Positions 28,575 through 36,974 of a stretch of 63,841 bases of DNA are shown here, one piece after another. Each line of letters starts with the position of its first letter. Position 1 is the stretch's first letter. The DNA is taken from the NCBI GenBank assembly GCA_903935195.1, contig CAIZQW010000287.1, forward strand, positions 1 through 63,841. The letters are read 5' to 3'. Position numbers and translations under genes: made by a program. The DNA is from an uncultured bacterium. GTDB lineage: Bacteria; Verrucomicrobiota; Kiritimatiellia; RFP12; UBA1067. The notes under the pieces were generated by a model. It was not told where the DNA came from. It saw only the letters and a list, made by a program, of their open reading frames with translations, and searched no databases.

Positions 28575-28660
28575 GAGGTCAGAGGGCAGAGGTCAGAGGG
28601 TGCGGGGGTTAACTCACGCGCTTCCCGAGCTGTACGCGCTACCCGGGCTATCCGACCTCT
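28575..28660. repeat. Word element: GAGGTCAGAGGG x2 (period 14), a G-rich core, and an inverted partial word CCGACCTCT
   Basis: Words at 28575-28586 and 28589-28600. Core AGAGGGTGCGGGGGTT at 28595-28610. CCGACCTCT at 28652-28660. The element fills the convergent spacer between the lipoprotein and sulfatase genes. Confidence 0.85.
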
Positions 28661-31600
28661 ACTTGTCTACTTCATACGTCGCACGCAGTTCTTTGTAGAG
28701 CGCCTTCATTTTGGCCAGCGTTTCGGCATAAGCCGGATCATCATGTAAGCTGCGCATCTCCTGAGGATCTTTTTCGCGGTCAAAGAGTTGCCATTCGTCC
28801 GTGTCCGGAAAGCGCATGAGTTTGTAGCGCTGCGTCGCAACACCATCATGCTTGGCCACGTTGTGCGTATCTTCGCCTGTGTAATAATAATAAAGTGAAG
28901 CCCGCCAATCGGCTGGCGCGACGCCATTTTTTTTGAAGACTGGCAAAAGGCTCCGTCCTTGAATATCCTCCGGGATCTTAATACCTGCGGCCTCGAGAAA
29001 GGTCGGCGCGTAGTCAATGTTCTGGATCAGGGCCTGTGAGCGGACACCCGGATTGATCACTCCTGGCCAACGGATCAGGAAGGGCATGGCAAAGGACTCC
29101 TCAAACATCCAGCGCTTATCATACCAGCCGTGTTCACCTAAGTAGAAGCCCTGGTCGGACGAGTAGATGACAATGGTGTTTTCCGCAAGGCCAGACTCAG
29201 CGAGATAATCGAGGACACGTCCGATGTTTTCATCAAGTGAGCGTATGCACCGGAGATAGTCTTTAATATAACGCTGATACTTCCAGCGGATAACCTCTTC
29301 ATCGCTCATGCCCTTGGCGAGGCGCTCAACCAAAAGGTTATTTTCCTCTCCATAGGCTTTGTCGAAAGCTGCCTTCTGCCCAACATTCATCCGCGTGTAT
29401 TCGTTATTGGCGAGGCCATCGGCAAAGCGTGGGTCCGCAGGTTTACCGTGAAGCAGCATATCCCAGCCCCAAAAGAAATCCTTGTTGATGCTCATCTTCT
29501 GCTTTTTCAGCGCGACACTGCGGTTTGCATAGTCATCAAACAACGTTTCGGGCTCGGGCAGGTCACGTCCTTTGAAGAGGTCAAAATGTCGTGCGGGTGG
29601 GAACCAGTTGCGATGCGGTGCCTTGTGTTGGCTCATCAGCAGGAAGGGTTTATCCTTGTCACGCCGGTTCTTAAGCCAATCAAGTGTCTTATCCGCAATC
29701 AGGTCAGTGACATACCCTTCGAAGCGTTTTTGTTTCCCATCCATCTGGATGAAATCGGGATTCCAATAACTTCCCTGACTCGGAAGAACCTCCCAATAAT
29801 CGAAGCCTGTAGGATTAGAGACGAGATGCCACTTGCCGATGATCGCGGTCTGATATCCGGCCTTTTGCAGATATTTCGGAAAGGTCGGTTGCTCACCATT
29901 GAAGCAACTGCTATTGTCAATAAAGCCGTTCTTGATCGAGTGCTTCCCTGTGAGGATGCAGGCGCGCGAGGGACCGCAAATCGAGTTGGCGCAATAGGAG
30001 CGCTCAAAGATCGCACCAGCCTTCGCAATACGGTCCAGATTCGGCGTAGGAGCGATATCCTTGAAACGGCCGCCATAGGCTGAAATCGCTTGCAGGGCAT
30101 GGTCATCACTGAAGAGGAAAAGGATATTCGGTTGCTTGGCCTTTGGAAGAGCCGCCTGTTCGGTGAAGCGGTCGGTCTGTTGGAGCCAAAGCCGCTCAAG
30201 TTTCTGCACGCGATCCGGCTTCGAAGCAGCAAGGTCATGTTGTTCGGCACGGTCAACACTCAAATCATAGAGCTCCCAAGGCTTACCTTTGTCTGCCACA
30301 ATTTTCCAGTCGCCTGCCCGGAGGGCGCGATTTCCTTCGTGCAACCACCAAAGCGATTCGCGGTCAATCTGTTGATCTTTAACAAAGGCTGGCACAAGGC
30401 TCTTGCCTGGGGCAGGCGGAATGGGCTCGCCGTTCCACGTGGTCGGCTTTTTAATTCCTGCAGCCTCGAGTACTGTCGGAACAATATCGATGAGATGACC
30501 TGGCGTATGACGCAGTTCATTACGTGCGGCAATACCCTTGGGCCAGTGGACCACAAGTGGCGTGCTGATGCCCCCTTCGTAGACCCATGACTTATGGCGA
30601 CGAAGAGGCGTATTACACGCGCTTGAGAAGCCAGGACCGAGACAGAGATAGGTGTTTGCGCTGCCGGGTTCGGCTTTTGGATCGTGACCGCCGTGGCGAA
30701 CCATCATCTCGGCGCTGGCGCCGTTGTCGGAGACGAAGAGGATCATCGTATTTTCGAAGGCCCCCATCTCCTTGAGTTGGGCGATGATGCGTCCGATCTC
30801 GCGGTCCATACGATCCACCATCGCGGCATGAATCGCCATCTTTGTAGCTTGGAAGCGGCGTTGATCCTCTGTCAGTTCCGTCCACGGGAGCGGACGATTC
30901 ACCTCGTCGGGACCGATGACGCCAAGAACCTCTTTAAAGTAATAGGGAGGCCCGACTTCGCGTTCCACAGGTGAGAGCGATGTATTGACAATGCCCATCT
31001 CCTTCGCGCGGGCGTAACGGGCGTTGCGCATGACGTCCCAACCCTCCAAATAACGATCCCGATACTTCGCAATATCCTCGGGCAGCGCCTGAAGCGGGAA
31101 ATGGGGCGCGGTGAAGGCGACAAAATGGAAGAAGGGGCGATCCTTGTAACGGACCGCATGATCCTTAAGGCACTCGAGTACATGTGAAGAGGTTGCGAGT
31201 GTCGAATAGTAGTTCGCGTTCGTGACAGGATCAGGCCGATCATCCACAAGATTGCCAATACTTGAGAAGTAACCGAAGTTTTTTTCCAGACAGAACGAGC
31301 GGTCAAAACCATTTTCTAAAACCTTACCATCTATATGCCACTTGCCACTATGGTAGTTGCGATACCCTGCGGGTTTAAGAAATTCCGACAACAATGGCGC
31401 CCACTGCTGGCGCACGCCATAATAACCGCCCGTCTCATTCGGTAGCATGTCTCGGCGAATCTGCTGTGCATAGTAGCCGGTCATCAATGCTCCTCGTGAG
31501 GGCCAGCAACGGGCTGTGTTATAGAACTGGGTAAAACGCAGACCGTTCTTTGCGAGACCGTCGAGGTTGGGGGTCTCAATCTCACTCCCGTAACAGCCGA

Positions 31601-31754
31601 GATCCGAATACCCCATATCATCTGCGAGTATAATGATGATGTTGGGCTTTGCCTTAGAATCTTCAGCTTGCAGTGCGCCCAAACCAAACCCCGTCAAACT
31701 GAGTATCCCAAAAATCTGTGCGATGATGAATATGTATTTATTTCTTTTGCTCAT
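28659..31754 (-). CDS. Secreted protein with two tandem sulfatase catalytic domains
   Basis: 1031 aa with a signal peptide. There are two independent formylglycine CxPxR motifs, ARCWPSRGALMTG and NSICGPSRACILTG. Each is preceded by a DD metal-binding start (IIILADDMG and ILFLFSDDHA). Confidence 0.88.
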   Translation of the reverse strand: MSKRNKYIFIIAQIFGILSLTGFGLGALQAEDSKAKPNIIIILADDMGYSDLGCYGSEIETPNLDGLAKNGLRFTQFYNTARCWPSRGALMTGYYAQQIRRDMLPNETGGYYGVRQQWAPLLSEFLKPAGYRNYHSGKWHIDGKVLENGFDRSFCLEKNFGYFSSIGNLVDDRPDPVTNANYYSTLATSSHVLECLKDHAVRYKDRPFFHFVAFTAPHFPLQALPEDIAKYRDRYLEGWDVMRNARYARAKEMGIVNTSLSPVEREVGPPYYFKEVLGVIGPDEVNRPLPWTELTEDQRRFQATKMAIHAAMVDRMDREIGRIIAQLKEMGAFENTMILFVSDNGASAEMMVRHGGHDPKAEPGSANTYLCLGPGFSSACNTPLRRHKSWVYEGGISTPLVVHWPKGIAARNELRHTPGHLIDIVPTVLEAAGIKKPTTWNGEPIPPAPGKSLVPAFVKDQQIDRESLWWLHEGNRALRAGDWKIVADKGKPWELYDLSVDRAEQHDLAASKPDRVQKLERLWLQQTDRFTEQAALPKAKQPNILFLFSDDHALQAISAYGGRFKDIAPTPNLDRIAKAGAIFERSYCANSICGPSRACILTGKHSIKNGFIDNSSCFNGEQPTFPKYLQKAGYQTAIIGKWHLVSNPTGFDYWEVLPSQGSYWNPDFIQMDGKQKRFEGYVTDLIADKTLDWLKNRRDKDKPFLLMSQHKAPHRNWFPPARHFDLFKGRDLPEPETLFDDYANRSVALKKQKMSINKDFFWGWDMLLHGKPADPRFADGLANNEYTRMNVGQKAAFDKAYGEENNLLVERLAKGMSDEEVIRWKYQRYIKDYLRCIRSLDENIGRVLDYLAESGLAENTIVIYSSDQGFYLGEHGWYDKRWMFEESFAMPFLIRWPGVINPGVRSQALIQNIDYAPTFLEAAGIKIPEDIQGRSLLPVFKKNGVAPADWRASLYYYYTGEDTHNVAKHDGVATQRYKLMRFPDTDEWQLFDREKDPQEMRSLHDDPAYAETLAKMKALYKELRATYEVDK

Positions 31755-31984
31755 TCTAGTGAGTTTCCCTGTCCGTGATAGAGAGCAAAAGAGTAGCTGA
31801 ACAGGGGGCGCTTTGCAACCCCTTATTCGTGCTGAAACGGAAAGGAAGTCTATTATATTTCCCTGTTTAGGTTTGCGTTTAACATATCGGCTATGGACGA
31901 GCCGTAACCAGTAGAAACGTCTTCACCAAGGATATAGATCTACGACACCTCGTCCGCCTCGCACCTCCGAAGACAGTGTAGAAG

Positions 31985-32596
31985 CTATTGCGCTGGCCAA
32001 ATATTCTCGCGATCAAGCCGTATTTCGATAACGGGAATATTAACGCCATATTTATCCGACAGTTTGTCAGCAAAAGAGTGTCTTAAATCTGGAAGGGTAC
32101 GCCAATGAGGTAAAATTTGTGCAACCTGGTGGCTAAACAAATCAAAATCCGCTTGTAATCGAGAATGAGGAACGAGAAGTCGTCCGGCAAATTCATTAGC
32201 CTCCTGTTCTATTCGATATCGTGCTGGGCTATCCTCGTGCAGCCAGCGGAAAAAGTCGGTAAAATTCGAGAATTTGTGTTTGGTTGCCTCCGCTTTATGC
32301 AGAACAAAGTGGCCCAATTCATGCGCGAACGTGAATCGTAACCGCTTTTGCTTCCAAACTGGCCCTTTCTCAAGATATTGATAGGCCTCTGCATCGACAT
32401 AGATGCCTGTGAAATTCTGAAGAAGCATCGCATCCATGTTATACTTGGCAAAGAGGTCGTCAAAGGGGATGATGTCTAACTTTAAATCGAGCTCAGCGAC
32501 GGTAAAGACATCGATGGGCAAAGAGGCCTGCGATCCAGAAAAATAGGTGTCGCGAAATTCCTCTGCCCGCTCCCAGATAGGGTCTATGCCGTTCAT
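31985..32596 (-). CDS. ImmA/IrrE family (M78) zinc metallopeptidase
   Basis: HEXXH in FAHELGHFVLH, plus the downstream EQEANEFAGRLLVP motif typical of ImmA/IrrE. Its start overlaps the stop of the XRE gene by 4 nt. Confidence 0.85.
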   Translation of the reverse strand: MNGIDPIWERAEEFRDTYFSGSQASLPIDVFTVAELDLKLDIIPFDDLFAKYNMDAMLLQNFTGIYVDAEAYQYLEKGPVWKQKRLRFTFAHELGHFVLHKAEATKHKFSNFTDFFRWLHEDSPARYRIEQEANEFAGRLLVPHSRLQADFDLFSHQVAQILPHWRTLPDLRHSFADKLSDKYGVNIPVIEIRLDRENIWPAQ

Positions 32597-32976
32597 TCAG
32601 CCGTCTCCTTGTCTGGCGAGTGAAGAGCCTTGAGATCCTGAATGAACTGCTCCATTTTCGCCTGATCCATTTCGTTACTTCTCACCGCACGGAAAAATGC
32701 CGGTAAGGCTTGGAGCAGAAGTCCATCCGTGGCAAGGTCCGATGGCAATTCACGCCTCGACAGAGCAGCCGCATCGAAGAACACCTGACGTTCGTTTGCC
32801 TCTAGCTTGAAAAATGAGGCCCACTGTTCCAAGACTCCAGTGTCTTTAGGTGCCGGATGGATGCCGCGTTCCATCTTGCTCCAGTTGCTTGGGTCGATGC
32901 CAAGCTCGGCACTGCACTGACGCAGTGTCAGCCGATTTGCGATACGTGTGTTTTTGAGTAATTCGCCAAAGTTCAT
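32593..32976 (-). CDS. XRE-family helix-turn-helix transcriptional regulator
   Basis: From ORF 32593..33012, trimmed to MNFGELLKNTRIANRLTLRQCSAELGIDPSNWSKMERG (HTH_3 pattern). Confidence 0.85.
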   Translation of the reverse strand: MNFGELLKNTRIANRLTLRQCSAELGIDPSNWSKMERGIHPAPKDTGVLEQWASFFKLEANERQVFFDAAALSRRELPSDLATDGLLLQALPAFFRAVRSNEMDQAKMEQFIQDLKALHSPDKETAE

Positions 32977-32989
32977 AATCCTCTCCCTT

Positions 32990-33012
32990 GTGTGGTAAAA
33001 ATAATACCACAC
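32990..33012. promoter_or_regulatory. Perfect inverted repeat GTGTGGTA-N7-TACCACAC just upstream of the XRE start (candidate operator)
   Basis: The arms are 32990-32997 and 33005-33012, 14-36 nt upstream of the ATG at 32976. No T-run follows on the minus strand. Confidence 0.4.
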
Positions 33013-33094
33013 TCAGGGCGAGGACTTAAAGAGTATTTTTAAAAGGTTTAAAAAAATCAGGAGATTGCGCTAAAGAACCGTAAGGAAATCAACC

Positions 33095-33718
33095 TTAGTT
33101 CCCCTTCGGCACTACCACATACCCCTCTTTTGGTTCGCCGTAGCATGTGATTTGATTTCGCCTGAAGGCTTCTGCGGTAACAGCGCAGAGTGCGGCATCA
33201 ACGAGATCGATGTTGGTCAGGAGGGTGATGTCGAGTCCGAGCGTGCTCAATACCTCACGACGGACACGCGTCTTCGGATGGGCCGGAACAATACGACCGC
33301 TTAAGGCGCATACAATAGCATGGGGAAAGGTTTCGAAACAGACCCGTTTTGCCTGACGCTTTCCCGTGTACAATGAAAAGTGCTTGCCCAGGGCTTTAAA
33401 GAGTTTCTCGCCATTCAGCATCCAGCTATAAAAAGGATTTTCCTTGGCGCGCTCCCGGGTCGGCGTATAAAAACAGTGCATCCCCTCTTGATTCAAGAGG
33501 CGTTCCGCTTTCCGGTGTTTGCCCGCAACACTCCACATGCATGGCGCATCCACACCCACAACAGAGGCTTCCTGCTCCAGACACCACTCCATTATCGCCA
33601 TCGGATCCCAGTCTGTCTTTCTCCCGCAGATCTGCCCCTCACGCATCACTACCGCATGAAAGCCCTTCCGAGCGCCGCCTACATCGATTCCAATGACTGT
33701 GTTGTTTGAGCGTTTCAT
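33095..33718 (-). CDS. DUF429-family predicted RNase H-fold nuclease
   Basis: From ORF 33095..33820, trimmed to MKRSNNTVIGIDVGGARKGFHAVV. This IGID-x-GG-x-KG start is characteristic of DUF429. The start lies 1 nt after the stop of the upstream orphan gene. Confidence 0.7.
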   Translation of the reverse strand: MKRSNNTVIGIDVGGARKGFHAVVMREGQICGRKTDWDPMAIMEWCLEQEASVVGVDAPCMWSVAGKHRKAERLLNQEGMHCFYTPTRERAKENPFYSWMLNGEKLFKALGKHFSLYTGKRQAKRVCFETFPHAIVCALSGRIVPAHPKTRVRREVLSTLGLDITLLTNIDLVDAALCAVTAEAFRRNQITCYGEPKEGYVVVPKGN

Positions 33719-33719
33719 A

Positions 33720-34871
33720 TCATTTAGTAGCTGACTGCAAATGGTGGTGTTCATATTGTTTAAGCAGAAAACTATCAATTTTTTCAATGAGGGGGTTGAT
33801 CTCTGAAAGAAAAGGATCAAAGACTTTCAGATTAGCTTTGTGAAAACTATCAAGGTGCTCAACATATGCCTCGATCTTTCTAAAGCATTGTATCAAACAG
33901 TTCTTTGATATTTTAGATGTTCTTATCTTCGGTTTTTCGCAAGTATCAGGTTTCCGATTTAATAAAACAATTTTGTCAAGTATATGTAACAACTGAACTG
34001 TTGTCACAGATTGTGAAATCAATCCCGTTGGTGTATGGCCTTTATACTTGAATTCATAATACGCTTTGAAGAAGTTGTGCAAGAAGTTAAAATCAAGATT
34101 TTTATTTCTGAGTGCGCCATAGAAATAGCTCCTCCGCCCATCCTCGTTTTTTGTTTCAATTTTGCCTGATAAATCTCTTCTTTCGTTCGCGTCAAATATT
34201 CGAAAAACTTTGTACTTTTCGCCATCCAAAAAAAGTCCATCAAGATAGCTACGCATATATTGACCAAGGTCAAAGGACTTTACCGCTTCAGTAATTTTAA
34301 ATAACGCAGGATCTTGAAAAGCTTCCTTACAGGCGATGAATAACATAAGCGATTCTAGCCTAAAAAGTCGCTTTTCTTTAAATCCAAAATTCAAGAGTTT
34401 TCCATCTGCGTTAATTTTTGAAGGCAGGGTGTCTAGATAGGATCCCGGAACTTCGACATCAGAAAATTTGAGAGCTGTAGAGATTTGTTCATTACACAAT
34501 GATGCAAATCTACGACGAACGAGCTCATTAATATGCCATAGATAAACAAATCCAAACTGGTTAGCGTTCCAAAATGCGGCCCTTAAAATAAGTGGTTCGG
34601 CAAGTTGATTAGCAATTGATGGAGTAAGAGAATGAAATAAAGCATGAATAAGCATTAAAGCAGGCGGGGCCGTGTTCGCCATTGTTTTAGAAATAATCAA
34701 CCGAGTCTCATCCTCTGTTTGCTCTTTACCGCTTAAGCAGTTTCGAAAGAATCTAATTATTTTTAACTTGTCTCGCTTATCGCTGTTTTGAACTTTATCA
34801 AAAGCATCAAAGAGAATTAGCCAGTAAAATAAAGATCGGAACAACGTGAAATCATTTATTCTTTGATTCAT
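33720..34871 (-). CDS. Hypothetical 383-aa protein with no recognisable motif
   Basis: A long uninterrupted ORF in AT-rich DNA, tightly abutting the DUF429 gene. It looks helical, and I could find no catalytic motif. Confidence 0.7.
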   Translation of the reverse strand: MNQRINDFTLFRSLFYWLILFDAFDKVQNSDKRDKLKIIRFFRNCLSGKEQTEDETRLIISKTMANTAPPALMLIHALFHSLTPSIANQLAEPLILRAAFWNANQFGFVYLWHINELVRRRFASLCNEQISTALKFSDVEVPGSYLDTLPSKINADGKLLNFGFKEKRLFRLESLMLFIACKEAFQDPALFKITEAVKSFDLGQYMRSYLDGLFLDGEKYKVFRIFDANERRDLSGKIETKNEDGRRSYFYGALRNKNLDFNFLHNFFKAYYEFKYKGHTPTGLISQSVTTVQLLHILDKIVLLNRKPDTCEKPKIRTSKISKNCLIQCFRKIEAYVEHLDSFHKANLKVFDPFLSEINPLIEKIDSFLLKQYEHHHLQSATK

Positions 34872-35046
34872 TCGGTAATCTCGTATTGCGAAAAGTTACA
34901 AGAATACGTGCTTATTTACAATACAATAGTTTGGGAGGCCTAAATAATCCTTTGTTCAATGCATAACACTTTATAGAAGAACAACTTATAAAATCAAAAT
35001 GCTTACTATCGTGAGTCAACCGCTTTCGTATATTCTAATTCTTGTC

Positions 35047-35096
35047 GACCACAAAACAGTTTTGTGGTCCCAACAACAGAACAACAGGAACAACAA
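35047..35096. repeat. Perfect palindrome GACCACAAAAC-A-GTTTTGTGGTC followed by tandem AACAACAG words
   Basis: The palindrome is at 35047-35069. The words caacaacag, aacaacag and gaacaacaa are at 35071-35096. Confidence 0.85.
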
Positions 35097-35192
35097 ATGA
35101 ATACACTCAATAAAGGTGGCGGAGCAGGTTATCCCAGTACGACAGGCAGGCCATCGGGCGGTGGACGCGACAATGGATCCCGCGGTAAATAA
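35097..35192 (+). CDS. Possible 31-codon Gly-rich small ORF (MNTLNKGGGAGYPSTTGRPSGGGRDNGSRGK); may instead be a repeat-element core
   Basis: ATG at 35097, TAA at 35190-35192, with a terminator-like hairpin downstream. There is no clear RBS. It contains AGGTGGCGG (35114-35122), which is shared with the repeat core at 50981-50989. Confidence 0.2.
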   Translation: MNTLNKGGGAGYPSTTGRPSGGGRDNGSRGK

Positions 35193-35200
35193 ACCCAAGC

Positions 35201-35238
35201 TGGGCTTGCCGTTGCAAATCGGCACGCCCAGTTTCTTT
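35201..35238 (+). terminator. Terminator-like hairpin followed by GTTTCTTT
   Basis: TGGGCTTGCCG (35201-35211) pairs with CGGCACGCCCA (35220-35230) around an 8-nt loop, followed by a T-rich tail. Confidence 0.45.
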
Positions 35239-35373
35239 ACCCCTTGATTAGTCCACCTCTATCTCCGCCTTGAAATGCTGCCTCTCTTATCTCGAAATTG
35301 CTATTGTTCAAAGCACCCTTAAAATGGTACTTTAAAAATCTCTAACATACACAACGAAAGGAGGCAAGGCGTA

Positions 35374-35955
35374 ATGGGGCGGCATACACATATTCCTGAA
35401 CTTCTGCTATTGATATTCTTCTTCGGCGTGTTGCCTTTGTTGTATTTTGCGTTTAATTGGATGAAGAAAATATTTTTTCCAGAAGAATACGTCTTATGGA
35501 AAAAAATTGGAGGAACATATCCAGATGATCCATACAACGGCATTCAGATGCCAAGCTTTTCAGATCAGACGATATATTCAGTGAGAGGTGTCTCGTATGG
35601 ACAATGGAGGACGGAATTCCTGGAGTGGCTTAAACATCGGACGATAAAGCACAAAGTTAAAAGGTATTCTTGGCTTGGGTCAAGGATGCTTGATGGAAAA
35701 GACTGGGCAGCAGAAGACAGACAGTGGGCTAAGCACTATGAGATATGGCACAGAGATATCTATAGACCGGAAGAAACGAAAAGATACGCCCATTTAAAGC
35801 AAATTAATGAATCGCACAAGAGCCAGTTAATTGGCGAATTCATTTCTGTTTATGCAAGACAACCCAAGTCTTACCATTATGATAGGTGTACAAACATAGT
35901 TCGCGATTTTGGAGCCTATTCACCTGTTTATGATAAAAACGGGCGATTATTATAG
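35374..35955 (+). CDS. Hypothetical 193-aa protein with an N-terminal transmembrane helix
   Basis: A strong RBS (GAAAGGAGG) lies 8 nt upstream. The LLLLIFFFGVLPLLYFAF segment is hydrophobic. No known motif was found. Confidence 0.6.
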   Translation: MGRHTHIPELLLLIFFFGVLPLLYFAFNWMKKIFFPEEYVLWKKIGGTYPDDPYNGIQMPSFSDQTIYSVRGVSYGQWRTEFLEWLKHRTIKHKVKRYSWLGSRMLDGKDWAAEDRQWAKHYEIWHRDIYRPEETKRYAHLKQINESHKSQLIGEFISVYARQPKSYHYDRCTNIVRDFGAYSPVYDKNGRLL

Positions 35956-35965
35956 TACTGCGCAT

Positions 35966-36913
35966 TTATTCAGTCTGCTTTGTATCCGAGACCTTCTTCC
36001 TCGTCAAGCTGGACGCGTCTTCTATGGGAATTATTCCTTCTTCAGGTGGCATGTTGTCGGCAAATGTTTGGTAGCGGATGGAAGTGGGGGTTAAAAGATC
36101 GCAATTTCTTCCTGTACAGACGAAGTTAAACTTTTTTGTGATTACGCCTTGCGGAAAGAGTGGTTGGTCCGAATGATTGCTTCCTGTGAGTCGTCTAACT
36201 TTAGTCTTCCCGTCATCTAGCAGTTCTATGGTTGTGCCTGGAATCTCGATGAAATTACCATCAATGTGGACGGGGAGCTCCATTCTTGTCATCACGTATC
36301 GAGCAAAGACGTTGGAGAGATTTGTAACTCGCCAAAAGATATTGTTTTCTCCTCCCAACTGATTAAAATTCACATAGATCTCGGTTTTGACTTTAGGATT
36401 CTGCTTCCGGTTGAGAATGTCTAATACGGCTCGATGACCGATCGCATTGAGCTTAGAACCAATGCGTGTATAGTACTTTTTGTCATTAGCTTGGTGTGGT
36501 GCTACATCACTCGGCGGAATGTGAATGACGATCAGGCCCCGACCGGAGGAGAAGGAGTTGCCAGCAGGGTCCGTGACGACATGGATGTTAAGTTTTGGAA
36601 TCGATGGATCGGTTAGGTTCGGAATTATATCTTCAAGCCAGGATTTCAGACCCTGTTTACCTCCCTTTTTATTTAAGTCAACTCCTTCATCCAGTTCCAA
36701 AGGCTTTCCACCATGAGGATTACGGATTCCCAAAACTAAGAATCCCCCGTCGTAGTTGGCAAACGCAGAGACATATTCAGACAGTTCATCTAAGAATTTG
36801 CCGTTATCCACCCATCGACTATCCTTGAAATCAAGCCAATCAAACTCTCCGACCGGAAGGCCGCGAACATAATCCAAGTCCCATTGCGATATGTCTTTAA
36901 GCTGTGTATTCAT
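35966..36913 (-). CDS. AlbA_2 (Schlafen-like) DNA-binding domain protein with an unknown C-terminal domain
   Basis: FDWLDFKDSRW...LSEYVSAFANYDGGFLVLGIRNP matches the AlbA_2 core pattern E-x-EFK ... AFANT-GG-L-x-G. Confidence 0.7.
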   Translation of the reverse strand: MNTQLKDISQWDLDYVRGLPVGEFDWLDFKDSRWVDNGKFLDELSEYVSAFANYDGGFLVLGIRNPHGGKPLELDEGVDLNKKGGKQGLKSWLEDIIPNLTDPSIPKLNIHVVTDPAGNSFSSGRGLIVIHIPPSDVAPHQANDKKYYTRIGSKLNAIGHRAVLDILNRKQNPKVKTEIYVNFNQLGGENNIFWRVTNLSNVFARYVMTRMELPVHIDGNFIEIPGTTIELLDDGKTKVRRLTGSNHSDQPLFPQGVITKKFNFVCTGRNCDLLTPTSIRYQTFADNMPPEEGIIPIEDASSLTRKKVSDTKQTE

Positions 36914-36974
36914 AATTTTTATACAGAACCGTTAGTAACCCGCGATCGGCAAGCCGCATTTTGTTCATTCACTT

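Noticed and set aside
31755-31984. Island boundary inspected for an integrase, a tRNA target or att direct repeats. The other edge (44126-44287) was inspected too.
   Set aside because: By eye I found no recombinase ORF, no tRNA-like sequence and no shared repeat of 10 nt or more between the two edges. The island is therefore not called a mobile element.
35016-35225. 69-codon minus-strand ORF in the 34872-35373 spacer.
   Set aside because: It has no RBS. It spans the palindrome, word repeats and hairpin, which are better explained as a structured non-coding element or plus-strand mini-unit.
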